Below are positions 40,892 through 51,307 of a stretch of DNA of 64,000 nucleotides, in pieces (the first letter of the stretch is position 1; each line of letters opens with the position of its first letter). Made by a program: the position numbers and the translations under genes. The stretch is from positions 714 through 64,713 of the forward strand of contig CACMAQ010000002.1 of NCBI GenBank assembly GCA_902611715.1. Reading direction: 5' to 3'. This stretch comes from an uncultured Pelagibacteraceae bacterium (GTDB lineage Bacteria > Pseudomonadota > Alphaproteobacteria > Pelagibacterales > AG-422-B15). Below the pieces are notes generated by a model, which searched no databases, was not told the DNA's origin, and saw only the letters and a program-made list of their open reading frames with translations.

Positions 40892-41776
40892 ATGAAAATT
40901 CTATTTATTGGCCCTACAAGAATAGGTGACACAATACTATCTACCTCAATATTAAACTTTTATATTAAAAAGTTTGATCAATGCAGCATCTCAGTTGTAA
41001 CAAGTTCATTTGCAAAAGATTTATACAAATTTATGCCTCACCTTCAGGAAATAATTGTAGTTGATAAAAAAAGATTTGGCCTTCATTGGTTGAATATAAT
41101 GAAATTTTCAATTTTTAAGAAATGGGATTTAGTAATTGATTTAAGATCATCAGTAACATCTTATTTTTTGAATACAAAAAAAAGAATGATATTTAGAGGA
41201 AACGAACTATCACATAAAGTTATGCAATTTAGTAAATTTATAGACACAAAAGAAGCTCTCATTCCAGAAATATGGTATAGCCAAGAAGATGCGGATATAA
41301 GTTATAAAAAAATAAAAAATGATGATAATTTAATTGCTGTTGCACCCTATTCTAATTGGCCAAAGAAGGATTGGTCATTGAAAAAATATAAAAATCTTTT
41401 TCAAAATGAATTTTTTAAAAATCACACAATAATACTAACAGGCGTTTCAAGGGATATTCTTAATAAAAGGGAAATAGAGGAATTTATTAAGACGTCAGAA
41501 TTAGAAATAATTAATTTGTTTGATTGGGGAAATTTGAGAAATATGGTTCCCATATTTAAGAAATGCCGTTTTTTTATTGGAAGCGACAGCGGTCTGATGC
41601 ATCTTGCGGCATCTTCAGGGTGTAAGACATTTGCTCTTTTTGGACCTACGAATGATTTGGTATATGGACCATGGGGAAATCACAAAGTAATTAAATCAGA
41701 TAAAGACCGAGATTATGGTCTTGAAAATTTATCTGTTGAAAAAGTATTAAATAGCATAAAAGAATATGTAAGATGA
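40892..41776 (+). CDS. Glycosyltransferase family 9 (heptosyltransferase-like)
   Basis: C-terminal GSDSGLMHLAA motif typical of GT9. 294 aa. Confidence 0.75.
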   Translation: MKILFIGPTRIGDTILSTSILNFYIKKFDQCSISVVTSSFAKDLYKFMPHLQEIIVVDKKRFGLHWLNIMKFSIFKKWDLVIDLRSSVTSYFLNTKKRMIFRGNELSHKVMQFSKFIDTKEALIPEIWYSQEDADISYKKIKNDDNLIAVAPYSNWPKKDWSLKKYKNLFQNEFFKNHTIILTGVSRDILNKREIEEFIKTSELEIINLFDWGNLRNMVPIFKKCRFFIGSDSGLMHLAASSGCKTFALFGPTNDLVYGPWGNHKVIKSDKDRDYGLENLSVEKVLNSIKEYVR

Positions 41777-43083
41777 TTGATCTCATTATTAAAAATGGAA
41801 AAATTGTAACTCACAATCAAGAAAAAATAGCGGATATTGCCGTAAAAAATGGAAAAATATTCAAAATAGGTAATCTAGTTAATTCAAAGTCAAAAAAAAC
41901 CATTGATGCAATGGGTTTGCATGTTTTACCGGGCGCTTTTGATACACAAGTGCATTTTAGAGAACCGGGTAATACAAAAAAAGAAAATCTTAAAACAGGA
42001 AGTTTAGCGGCTGTTGCAGGAGGGATCACCTCAGTTTTTGATATGCCTAATAACAAGCCGAGCATTACAACAAGAAAGCTTTTTATGAAGAAACTACAGA
42101 CTGCAAAAAACAGAATGCATTGCAACTACGCTTTTTATTTTGGAGCTGAGAAAGATAACATAAAAGAAATTAAAAAAGTTGAAAAAGTAAAAGGTTGTTG
42201 TGGTGTAAAAGTTTTTGTTGGCTCTTCAACTGGTACATTACTCGTTTCAAACCATAATGATATTGAAAAAATAATGAGAGCAACGAAGAAAATGATTTCA
42301 TTTCATTCTGAAAATGAAGATATGCTTATTAATAGAAAAAAATATGCTAAAAAAGGAAAGCCATTAAGCCATCAAGTGTGGCGAAATGTAGATACAGCCT
42401 TAAGTTCTACTAGAAAGCTGATCAGATCAGCTAATAGAAGTAAGAAAAAAATACATGTACTCCATATAACAACTGCAGAAGAAATAAAATTGCTTTTAAA
42501 AAATAGGAAATATGTTTCGTTTGAAGTAACCCCTCAACATTTAATATTGGCATCACCTGATTGTTATAAAAAACTGGGCGCCTACGCTCAGATGAATCCA
42601 CCTATTAGAGGAACTAGACACAGAAATGTTCTCAGAAAAACATTACAAAAAGGGCAAATTGATATTATTGGGTCAGATCACGCCCCTCATTTAAAATCCG
42701 AAAAAAATCAAATTTATCCAAATAGCCCATCAGGAATGCCTGGTGTTCAAACGCTACTTCCAATTCTTTTAAATGAGGTTACAAAAAAGACAATTTCACT
42801 CAATGAAGTAGTAAAGCTAACAAGCTTTAATCCTAAAAAAATTTTTAAGATTAAAAATAAGGGGTTAATTAAAGTTGGTTACGACGCAGATCTTACAATT
42901 GTTGATATGAATAAAACTAAAAAAGTTATGAATAAAGATATGAAAACAAAGTGTGGATGGACACCTTTCAATGGCATGAAGCTTACAGGTTGGCCTGTTG
43001 GAACAATAATAAATGGTAAAGCAGTATTCTGGAAAAATAAAATCAATAAGTCAGTATTTGGTAACCCAATAAGCTTTAATTAG
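41773..43083 (+). CDS. pyrC: Dihydroorotase (amidohydrolase superfamily, long type)
   Basis: DTQVHFREPG, HVLHITT and GSDHAPH metal-binding motifs. 436 aa. Confidence 0.8.
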   Translation: MIDLIIKNGKIVTHNQEKIADIAVKNGKIFKIGNLVNSKSKKTIDAMGLHVLPGAFDTQVHFREPGNTKKENLKTGSLAAVAGGITSVFDMPNNKPSITTRKLFMKKLQTAKNRMHCNYAFYFGAEKDNIKEIKKVEKVKGCCGVKVFVGSSTGTLLVSNHNDIEKIMRATKKMISFHSENEDMLINRKKYAKKGKPLSHQVWRNVDTALSSTRKLIRSANRSKKKIHVLHITTAEEIKLLLKNRKYVSFEVTPQHLILASPDCYKKLGAYAQMNPPIRGTRHRNVLRKTLQKGQIDIIGSDHAPHLKSEKNQIYPNSPSGMPGVQTLLPILLNEVTKKTISLNEVVKLTSFNPKKIFKIKNKGLIKVGYDADLTIVDMNKTKKVMNKDMKTKCGWTPFNGMKLTGWPVGTIINGKAVFWKNKINKSVFGNPISFN

Positions 43084-43853
43084 CTGCGAGCAATAAAAGA
43101 AGCATTTTTAAAATTCCTCTTACCATAACGCAGAATTTTGCGATCTAAAGTTCTTATTTTTCCTCCTGCAAATCTCAATATAGCATCTCCAGCTGCGGTA
43201 TCCCATTCCATTGTAGTCCCAAACCGAGGGTATACATTTGCTATACCATGTGCGATGTAACATAATTTTATTGAACTTCCTGAACGGATTATTTTGTTAG
43301 CATTGAATCTCTGAAAAATCATTTTTTTTGCCTTTTCTATTTCACTCTTAGCAAGTGAGTGAGATCTACTTAAAATAACAATATTTTTATTTCTTTTTTT
43401 AACTTTAATTTTTCTTATATTTGAAAGCTGTCCTTTTTTACTTAATTTTGAGAAATAAGATTTTTTATCTTTTGTAAAATAAAGCTTATTTTTAGTAGGC
43501 ATATAAATAATCCCAAAAACCGGTTTTTTATTTTCAATAAGTCCAATATTTATGGTAAATTCACCATTACCTTTTAAAAATTCTTTTGTCCCATCTAATG
43601 GGTCTACCAACCAAAATTTTTTTGCAGCTTTACCTTTTTTAACCTGTTCTTCAGAAACAATAGAAATTTCAGGAAAATGAAGCTTCAAGCCCTTACAAAT
43701 TATATCATTCGCCCTGATATCTGCATTTGTAACAGGTGTATTATCAGACTTGTATTTTTTAGTTACCTTTTTTTTATAGATTTTGATGATTTCAATGCCA
43801 GCAAGATGAACGATTTTAATTAATTCATCTAGTTTTTCAGGTGATATCTTCAT
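43080..43853 (-). CDS. cysQ: 3'(2'),5'-bisphosphate nucleotidase (inositol monophosphatase family)
   Basis: SEE, WLVDPLDGTKEF and WDTAAG motifs. 257 aa. Confidence 0.75.
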   Translation of the reverse strand: MKISPEKLDELIKIVHLAGIEIIKIYKKKVTKKYKSDNTPVTNADIRANDIICKGLKLHFPEISIVSEEQVKKGKAAKKFWLVDPLDGTKEFLKGNGEFTINIGLIENKKPVFGIIYMPTKNKLYFTKDKKSYFSKLSKKGQLSNIRKIKVKKRNKNIVILSRSHSLAKSEIEKAKKMIFQRFNANKIIRSGSSIKLCYIAHGIANVYPRFGTTMEWDTAAGDAILRFAGGKIRTLDRKILRYGKRNFKNASFIARS

Positions 43854-43927
43854 ATAAGGAGTAAAGCTTGTAAAATAGACAATAAGACAAATATATTATA
43901 CATACCAGAGCAAAATTAATAAATCAT

Positions 43928-45022
43928 ATGAAAAACAATGTTAATTACATTAAAGGAAATAATCCTATTGTAGTCGCTATGTCAGGAGGCGTTGACTCTT
44001 CAGTAGCTGCGGCACTCATGAACAAGGATTATGATGATGTGATAGGTGTCACTTTAAGACTGTATGATGAAAAAAAAGTTGCAAACTCAAAAACATGTTG
44101 TTCTGGTGCAGATATTATGGATGCTAAGAAAATAGCAAATACTATAACTATTCCACATTATGTTTTTGATTATGAAGAAATATTTAAAAAAAATGTTATA
44201 GAGCCTTTTATTAAAGAATACAAATCAGGGAGAACCCCAATACCTTGTATTAACTGTAATGAAAAAGTAAAGTTTCTAGACCTTCTGTCTTTTGCAAGAG
44301 AAATTAATGCGAAGTCATTAGTAACAGGACATTATATAAAAAAAGTAAAAATAGATAATGAGTGGAGATTGTACGTTCCTCAGGATAGAGACCGAGATCA
44401 GTCCTATTTTCTTTTTACAATGAAAAAAGACGACCTGGATCTCATCGAATTTCCTTTAGGTGATTACAAAAAAGAGGAGATCAGAGATTTAGCTTTTAAA
44501 TTAAATTTACACGTATTTGATAAAAGCGATAGTCAAGATATTTGTTTTATACCTGATGGAGACTATAAAAAGTTTATAAATAAGAATACTGAGGGTAATG
44601 AAGGTGAAGTTGTAGATATCGACGGAAATGTACTTAATAAACATCAAGGTATACAAAACTTTACAATCGGACAAAGAAGAGGTTTAGGAGTTTCACAGGA
44701 TGAGCCTCTTTATGTAAAAAAAATTGATAAAGATAAAAATAGAGTCATTGTAGCAAGTAAAGACAATATTAGTTCTTCAACTATATATGTTCAAAACGTA
44801 AACTTAATTACAAATAATTTACCAAACAACCTATATGTAAGAGTTAGGTCAACTGGAAAATTATTGAACGCAAAAATTAAAATTAACGAAGAGAATGAGG
44901 CAACAATTTCTCTAGAATCTCCTGAAACTGCTGTATCACCTGGCCAGGCTTGTGTTTTTTACTGTAAAGATAAAATAGGCACACGGCTCTTAGGAGGTGG
45001 CTGGATCCATTCGACAAATTAG
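43928..45022 (+). CDS. mnmA: tRNA-specific 2-thiouridylase
   Basis: PP-loop VAMSGGVDSSV, the catalytic Cys region and DQSYFL. 364 aa. Confidence 0.93.
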   Translation: MKNNVNYIKGNNPIVVAMSGGVDSSVAAALMNKDYDDVIGVTLRLYDEKKVANSKTCCSGADIMDAKKIANTITIPHYVFDYEEIFKKNVIEPFIKEYKSGRTPIPCINCNEKVKFLDLLSFAREINAKSLVTGHYIKKVKIDNEWRLYVPQDRDRDQSYFLFTMKKDDLDLIEFPLGDYKKEEIRDLAFKLNLHVFDKSDSQDICFIPDGDYKKFINKNTEGNEGEVVDIDGNVLNKHQGIQNFTIGQRRGLGVSQDEPLYVKKIDKDKNRVIVASKDNISSSTIYVQNVNLITNNLPNNLYVRVRSTGKLLNAKIKINEENEATISLESPETAVSPGQACVFYCKDKIGTRLLGGGWIHSTN

Positions 45023-45049
45023 TAATATTGTATATTATGGCTCATCTTT

Positions 45050-45126
45050 GGCGGGGTAGCTCAGTTGGTTAGAGCGGAGGAATCATAATCCTTAGGTCGG
45101 GGGTTCAAATCCCTCTCCCGCTACCA
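45050..45126 (+). tRNA. tRNA with CAT anticodon (elongator Met or lysidine-modified Ile2)
   Basis: Cloverleaf: acceptor GGCGGGG/TCCCGCT, D stem GCTC/GAGC, anticodon stem GAGGA/TCCTT with loop ATCATAA, T loop TTCAAAT, encoded CCA. Not initiator-like. Confidence 0.85.
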
Positions 45127-45137
45127 TTAAATTTCCT

Positions 45138-46301
45138 TTAATTTACGTAGTTAGATGCATTAAGATATTCAATAATCTTTTTATCCCATGCATAGTTTTC
45201 ATTAGCTCTTAACTTTCCATTTTCTCCCATACTTTCTCTCAGCTTTTTATTTTCAAGTAAGAGTAATATTTTTTCCGTTATCATTCTCTGATTACCAGAC
45301 TCACAAATTATTCCTGTCTCATTGTCTAAAATTGCGTCGCCTACGCCACCGCTATCACTTCCAACAGAAGCAACACCATGAAATGAAGCATCAATGTAAG
45401 CCATGCCAAAACCTTCAACTGACTCTCCCACAGTTGTCGGCGTCATAACAAATAAATCAGATCGTTTTAGAATTAATGATTTTTCTGGTTCAGTTATCCA
45501 TCCTAGAAACTTTACATTACTCTCTAAATTCATTTTTTTAGTTATTTGTCTAATATTTTCGAGATATGGACCTTTACCTGCTATCAAATATAATACTTTT
45601 GGAAATCTTTGTTTTATCTCAGGTAAGGCGTTTAATATAAACTTATGACCTTTTCTCTCTTCAACTCTGGCCAGAGTTGTTATCACAGGAGTGTTATTAC
45701 CAATAATATCGGCTACATTTTTTTTATCTTCCTCTGTTATAAAATCATCATAAACATCTATGCCTGGATGTATGATTTTTATGAGGTCTGTATCTATTCT
45801 AAGAGAGGCTTGCATTAAATCCTTCGTGTAAGAGGAATTTGCTAAAATCTTATAGACATTTTTATAGGAATTTACAATTCTATTCTTTTTAAATCTCATT
45901 AAATCAAGCATCATAGTCCAATACTGCTTTGGGATTTCAGTACCATGCGCAAGTACCAAAATTTTTTTCTTGTATTTTTTTAAATATTCAATGCTTTTCC
46001 AAGAGTCAGCATATATTGCTTTTACGTTTTTACTACTGCATATTTTTTCTAAGTACTTTGCTTTAGCTAATCTTCTGAGAGGTTTCCATCCTGTGAATCT
46101 TTTAATTTTATATTTTTGTTTATGATCAGAATCATGAGTTTTCCCGTCAGCTAAAACGAGAACCTCTATACCACGCTTTGCCATAGCTTCAGCCATTCCA
46201 GTCATTAAGGACTCAATGCCTCCAATTTTTGGCGCAAAGCATTGAGTTGTGATTATTATCACTATAATTTCTTTAATCTTTCCACTTAATTGAACATCCA
46301 A
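45138..46301 (-). CDS. Glycosyltransferase family 4 (GT-B, RfaG-like)
   Basis: N-terminal FAPKIGGIE and a C-terminal E-x7-E-type region (ESVEGFGMAYIDA). The track start is a TTG at 46301; a GTG at 46262 is an alternative start. Confidence 0.75.
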   Translation of the reverse strand: MDVQLSGKIKEIIVIIITTQCFAPKIGGIESLMTGMAEAMAKRGIEVLVLADGKTHDSDHKQKYKIKRFTGWKPLRRLAKAKYLEKICSSKNVKAIYADSWKSIEYLKKYKKKILVLAHGTEIPKQYWTMMLDLMRFKKNRIVNSYKNVYKILANSSYTKDLMQASLRIDTDLIKIIHPGIDVYDDFITEEDKKNVADIIGNNTPVITTLARVEERKGHKFILNALPEIKQRFPKVLYLIAGKGPYLENIRQITKKMNLESNVKFLGWITEPEKSLILKRSDLFVMTPTTVGESVEGFGMAYIDASFHGVASVGSDSGGVGDAILDNETGIICESGNQRMITEKILLLLENKKLRESMGENGKLRANENYAWDKKIIEYLNASNYVN

Positions 46302-46833
46302 TACTTGGTATTTGGTCTTCTGGACCTGACCCTGTCTCTGAAACTTGTATCATTGCTTCCAAAAGTTCTTTTCTAGCATTTGGAACTATTTCCATTTTAG
46401 ACTCTTCAAGCCTTCCTCTGTACTGAAGCTCATTATCTTGATTAAAGCCAAAAAAATCAGGAGTACACACAGCATTATATTCTTTACCGACACTTTGTGT
46501 CTCATCATAGACGTAAGGGAATACGAAATTATTTTTCCTAGAAAACAACTTCATGTTATCAAATGAGTCTTCTTCACCATATTTTGGATCATTTACATCA
46601 TTAGACATTATTGCGATTACACCAATACCTTTTTCTTTTAGTAATGTTACATCTTCTACAATTCGATGCATTACCGATTTCACGTATGGACAATGATTAC
46701 ATATGAACATCACTAGCGTTCCTTTAGGACCTTTAACATCTTGAAATGAATAGTATTTGTTATCGATGCCAATAAGGTTAAATTCTGGAGCCTTCCATCC
46801 AAAATCACAAATCGGGGTTTCTAGTGCAACCAT
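46273..46833 (-). CDS. Thioredoxin-fold protein (AhpC/TSA-like)
   Basis: CNHCPYV redox motif in a thioredoxin-like fold. 186 aa. Confidence 0.7.
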   Translation of the reverse strand: MVALETPICDFGWKAPEFNLIGIDNKYYSFQDVKGPKGTLVMFICNHCPYVKSVMHRIVEDVTLLKEKGIGVIAIMSNDVNDPKYGEEDSFDNMKLFSRKNNFVFPYVYDETQSVGKEYNAVCTPDFFGFNQDNELQYRGRLEESKMEIVPNARKELLEAMIQVSETGSGPEDQIPSIGCSIKWKD

Positions 46834-46902
46834 AATTTTCTTTCTATTGTCTAAATATCTAATTATCTTTACTATATTTCTTACTTAACTAAATAACAAG
46901 AT

Positions 46903-47433
46903 ATGATCTACTCACTCGGAGATAAAAAAATAAATCGAGATAACGCAGACTTCTGGGTCGCACCAAGTGCCTCTGTGATAGGAGATATTACGTTGAAAAA
47001 AAATGCAAGTGTATGGTTTGGAGCTGTTTTAAGGGGTGACAATGACCCAATAATTGTTGGTGAAAATTCTAATATTCAAGATAATTCCGTTTGTCATACG
47101 GATGACGGAATGCCATTAATGATAGGGGACAATGTCACAGTGGGTCATAAAGTTATCTTACATAGCTGTTCAGTAGGAAATAATTCTCTCATAGGAATGG
47201 GCTCAACTGTTCTAAATAAGGCAAAAATAGGAAATAATTGTTTGGTTGGCGCTAATTCGCTAATTACTGAGGGGAAAGAATTTCCTGACAATAGCCTCAT
47301 AGTGGGATCTCCTGGAACTGTTAAAAGAGAATTGACAGATATGGAAAAAAAGATAATTGAACTTAGTGCTTTTCACTATGTTGAAAATATGAAAAAATTT
47401 AGAGATAATTTAAAAGAAGACAATATTTTATGA
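46903..47433 (+). CDS. Gamma-carbonic-anhydrase-like hexapeptide-repeat protein (YrdA/PaaY family)
   Basis: Left-handed beta-helix hexapeptide repeats with the conserved His region (VCHTD ... VGHKVILHS). 176 aa. Confidence 0.8.
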   Translation: MIYSLGDKKINRDNADFWVAPSASVIGDITLKKNASVWFGAVLRGDNDPIIVGENSNIQDNSVCHTDDGMPLMIGDNVTVGHKVILHSCSVGNNSLIGMGSTVLNKAKIGNNCLVGANSLITEGKEFPDNSLIVGSPGTVKRELTDMEKKIIELSAFHYVENMKKFRDNLKEDNIL

Positions 47434-49091
47434 TTACCTTTGATTACATAATTGCAGGAGCTGGTTCAGCTGGCTGTGTTCTTGCGAATAGACTCTCCAA
47501 AGATGCAAATATAAAAGTCCTTTTAATTGAAGCGGGCGGAACCACATGGCATCCGTTTGTTAAAATGCCAGCAGGTGTGCTTGAACTAATTTCTGGCGAA
47601 GGCGCTGGTAAATTTTATAATTATGGCTATTGGACAGAGGGTCAACCACATTTAAACAATAGAAAACTTTTCTTCCCTCGAGGTAAGGGCTTGGGTGGTT
47701 CAAGTAATATTAATGGAATGCTCTACGTGAGAGGTCATTCACGTGATTATGATATATGGAGACAGCTTGGCAATGAAGGATGGTCTTATGAGGAAGTGTT
47801 GCCTTATTTTAAAAGAGCTGAAAAAAATGAAAACGGTTCATCGGAATTTCATGGAAGTGATGGAGAGTTAAGTGTTCAAAACCCAGTGTTTACAAATAAC
47901 CCTCTACATCGATGTTTTTTAAATGCCGGTAAAGAGGCAGGCTATAAATACATTGAAGACATCAATCAATACGATAATGAGGGTTTTGGACCATGTCCTC
48001 AAACGATTTCAAAAGGCTATCGAGCGAGTACAAGTTTTTCATTTTTAAATCCCATTAAAGACAGAAAAAATTTAACGATTGCAACTAATTCAACCACTAA
48101 TAAACTTTTATTTGAGGGTACAAAATGCGTTGGGCTTGAGTATTTAAAAGGAAAAGAAGTTATAAAAGCTTACGCTGAAAGGGAAGTAATTGTATGTGGA
48201 GGTGCTATTAACTCACCTCAGATATTGCAACTTTCAGGAATAGGCAAAGGAGATTACATAAAAAAATGGGGATTAAAGGTTGTAGCCGATCTTCCAGGAG
48301 TAGGTGAAAATTTACAAGACCACTTAGATGTATTATCTCACTACGAGTGTACACAGCCAGTAACGGAAGCAAAATATACAGCGGGTGGACTTGCAGTATT
48401 CAGGATGGCGGCTATCTTGGCTCAATGGATGATAACAAAAAAAGGCCCTGGAAATGATATCGGTTTGTCTGGTGTATCATTTTTAAAGACAGATGACACA
48501 CTTGACCTACCTGACATACAAATGCATTTTGTTGGTTCACTTTTAAAAGATCATGGAAAAACAAGACCTGACTCTCATGCGTTTAGTAATCATGTTTGTC
48601 AGCTCAGACCTGAGAGTAGAGGCTATATTGCAATAAAATCATTGGACCCTTCAGTGCCTCCAATTATACAACCAAACTATTTCGCAACTCAAAAAGATAG
48701 AGATACTCTTATTAAAGGTGTGAAAATGTCGCGAGAAATCGTGAACCAGTCTGCTTTTGATGAATACCGAGGTAAAGAAATAACTCCAGGTATTCATGTT
48801 CAAACAGATGATGAAATAGAGGAATTTATTAGAAACGCTGCTGAAACTATTTATCATCCAGTTGGCACTTGTAAAATGGGAAGTGATGAATTTGCAGTTG
48901 TAGATGATAAATTAAGAGTAAAAGGTGTTGAAAATTTAAGAGTGGTTGATGCTTCTGTAATGCCAACTTTAATTGGTGGAAACACCAATGCACCTACAAT
49001 TATGATAGCTGACAAAATTTCAGATCATATTCTTGGCAATGAATTCCTTCCATCTCAGCATGTTAGTTACAAAGATAAAAACGCTGCATAA
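47430..49091 (+). CDS. GMC-family FAD oxidoreductase (second paralogue)
   Basis: [18 protein letters not shown], a GMC signature and C-terminal [13 protein letters not shown] overlap with the preceding gene. Confidence 0.85.
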   Translation: MITFDYIIAGAGSAGCVLANRLSKDANIKVLLIEAGGTTWHPFVKMPAGVLELISGEGAGKFYNYGYWTEGQPHLNNRKLFFPRGKGLGGSSNINGMLYVRGHSRDYDIWRQLGNEGWSYEEVLPYFKRAEKNENGSSEFHGSDGELSVQNPVFTNNPLHRCFLNAGKEAGYKYIEDINQYDNEGFGPCPQTISKGYRASTSFSFLNPIKDRKNLTIATNSTTNKLLFEGTKCVGLEYLKGKEVIKAYAEREVIVCGGAINSPQILQLSGIGKGDYIKKWGLKVVADLPGVGENLQDHLDVLSHYECTQPVTEAKYTAGGLAVFRMAAILAQWMITKKGPGNDIGLSGVSFLKTDDTLDLPDIQMHFVGSLLKDHGKTRPDSHAFSNHVCQLRPESRGYIAIKSLDPSVPPIIQPNYFATQKDRDTLIKGVKMSREIVNQSAFDEYRGKEITPGIHVQTDDEIEEFIRNAAETIYHPVGTCKMGSDEFAVVDDKLRVKGVENLRVVDASVMPTLIGGNTNAPTIMIADKISDHILGNEFLPSQHVSYKDKNAA

Positions 49092-49093
49092 TT

Positions 49094-51271
49094 TTGAACA
49101 AATTATTATTTTCAATTCTTGGAGTAGCCCTAGTTTTTGTCACAGCACTGATAATAGTTAATCAATATAATACTAAAAATTTTGCACAAACTAGTTTTTT
49201 AGAAATAGAAAAAAAATACTCTTACAAGATTGAACGAGACCAGTTCGGAGTACCACATGTATATGGAGATACTGATAAAGATGCAGCATTCGGGTTCGCT
49301 TATGTACAAGCAGAGGATGATTTAAAACACATCGAGATGATGATTAAAATGTCTCGTGGTGAGCTTTCAAGTTTAAATTTTAATTCGAAAACAATCGCAG
49401 CTATTTATTCACTGATTACTGGTGATGGTGATATAATGAAAAACATAGATGCAATTGAAGGAGTAGAGTTAGATTTTTTATTTAAGTTTTTTAATGTTAA
49501 TGAAACTGTTAATAAAAAAATTTCAGAAATTCCTAAGGAGACAATTAATTATATACAAGGTTATGCAGATGGACTTAATTATTATGCTGCAAAAAATCCG
49601 CACTTAGTTGATCAATCTTTATATCCAGCTACTGCATACGATTTGGTTGCTGGGATGACATTTCGGATGCCGTTATTTTATGGTATCGATCATTCAATTG
49701 CTGAACTCATCAATTTAATGGATGATCAAGAAGAGAAAGTTACAATGAACATGAACGCTCTATCTGATAATCCAATAGTTGCAAGCATAAATACTTACTT
49801 CAAACCATCAGGTTCAAACGCATTTGCTGTTTCCAAAAGTAGATCACAAGACAATGAGACAATGCTTGTCATTAATTCACACCAGCCATTAACGGGTCCA
49901 GTTGCTTGGTATGAAATTCATATAAAAAGTGGAGAGGGCTTAAATATCATGGGTGGTACTTTTCCAGGGTCGCCATTTGTGCATGTTGGCTTTAATGAAA
50001 ATCTCGGGTGGGGAGCTACAGTTAATCAGCCAGATTTATCCGATATTTACGAATTAAAACTTAACCCAGAGAATAATGATCAGTATGAACTAGATGGTGC
50101 ATGGGTTAATTTCACCGAAACGGATCAAGAATTTAAAGTTAAACTGTTTGGCCCTTTCAGTATTACATATCCTATACAAATGTACCATTCAGCACATGGG
50201 CCTGTTCTGAAAGATGACAATAAAGCCTATGCTCTGAGGTTTGTAGGAATGAATGATGTCAATCACTCAACCGCATGGCTCAAAATGAATAAATCAAAAA
50301 ATATTGGTGAATGGCTTGATGCCTTAAGAATGGAACAGTTAGCTAGTTTAAATTTAGTTTATGCCGATAAAGAAGATAATATCTTTTTTGTTCATAATGT
50401 TAAATCGCCAGTAAGGGACTCAAAATATGATTGGAAGCAAGTGGTACCTGGAAATAAAAGTGATTTAATTTGGAACAATTTTCATCCTTTTGAAAGCGTG
50501 CCTCAGATCTTAAACCCAAGCTCTGGATATATATTTAGTACTAATCAAAATCCTTTTTTTGTTACAGCTAAGGAAGATAACTTATCTTTATCTAACTTTA
50601 ATCCAACTGTGGGTTTTCAAACACGAACAACGAATAGAGCATATAGAGCTTACGAACTTCTTGATCCTGATAAATCAATATCATTTGGTGAACTTGATAA
50701 ATACAAACACGATAATAAGTTTTCTTACAACTCAAGACAATACAAGTTTATGATAGAAATTTTCAATCATGAATTTTCAGAAAATAAATTAAAAAATGCC
50801 CAAGAATTTTTGAGAGATTGGGATCTAGGAACTGACTCTAATAATTTACATGCTGCTTTTGGAGTTTGTATCTTGTCTCCTGAATGGTTGGCAAAAATAA
50901 CAAGAAAGCCACGCCCAGATCCAATCGACATTTTCATAAATTGTGTTGATGAGTTTGAGAAAAACTTTGGGACATTAAGTGTAAAATGGAGTGATGTTAA
51001 TTTCTTGGAGAGAGGATCAAATTTAGTGCACATTCAAGGAGGGCCCGATGTTTTAAGGGCAATTTACGCCCCGCGAAGCAATGATGGTATACTCAAAGCT
51101 GTTGCTGGAGACGGCCTTTATATATATGTAAAATGGGATGAAAATAAAAAACAGGTATCAAAAAGCATTCACCAATTTGGAAGCGCTACAATGAACATGG
51201 GTTCTCCGCACTATGATGATCAAATTAATTTATTTGCGAGTGAAAAACTCAAAGATACATTCTTTAATTGA
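49094..51271 (+). CDS. Penicillin-acylase-family (S45 Ntn hydrolase) amidase, AHL/N-acyl amide acylase-like
   Basis: 725 aa with an N-terminal membrane anchor or signal and a candidate autoprocessing nucleophile in PSGSNAFAV. TTG start 2 nt after the GMC stop. Confidence 0.75.
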   Translation: MNKLLFSILGVALVFVTALIIVNQYNTKNFAQTSFLEIEKKYSYKIERDQFGVPHVYGDTDKDAAFGFAYVQAEDDLKHIEMMIKMSRGELSSLNFNSKTIAAIYSLITGDGDIMKNIDAIEGVELDFLFKFFNVNETVNKKISEIPKETINYIQGYADGLNYYAAKNPHLVDQSLYPATAYDLVAGMTFRMPLFYGIDHSIAELINLMDDQEEKVTMNMNALSDNPIVASINTYFKPSGSNAFAVSKSRSQDNETMLVINSHQPLTGPVAWYEIHIKSGEGLNIMGGTFPGSPFVHVGFNENLGWGATVNQPDLSDIYELKLNPENNDQYELDGAWVNFTETDQEFKVKLFGPFSITYPIQMYHSAHGPVLKDDNKAYALRFVGMNDVNHSTAWLKMNKSKNIGEWLDALRMEQLASLNLVYADKEDNIFFVHNVKSPVRDSKYDWKQVVPGNKSDLIWNNFHPFESVPQILNPSSGYIFSTNQNPFFVTAKEDNLSLSNFNPTVGFQTRTTNRAYRAYELLDPDKSISFGELDKYKHDNKFSYNSRQYKFMIEIFNHEFSENKLKNAQEFLRDWDLGTDSNNLHAAFGVCILSPEWLAKITRKPRPDPIDIFINCVDEFEKNFGTLSVKWSDVNFLERGSNLVHIQGGPDVLRAIYAPRSNDGILKAVAGDGLYIYVKWDENKKQVSKSIHQFGSATMNMGSPHYDDQINLFASEKLKDTFFN

Positions 51272-51307
51272 GCTTGTAGAAAAAAAATAATTATATAAAA
51301 TTTTCTC

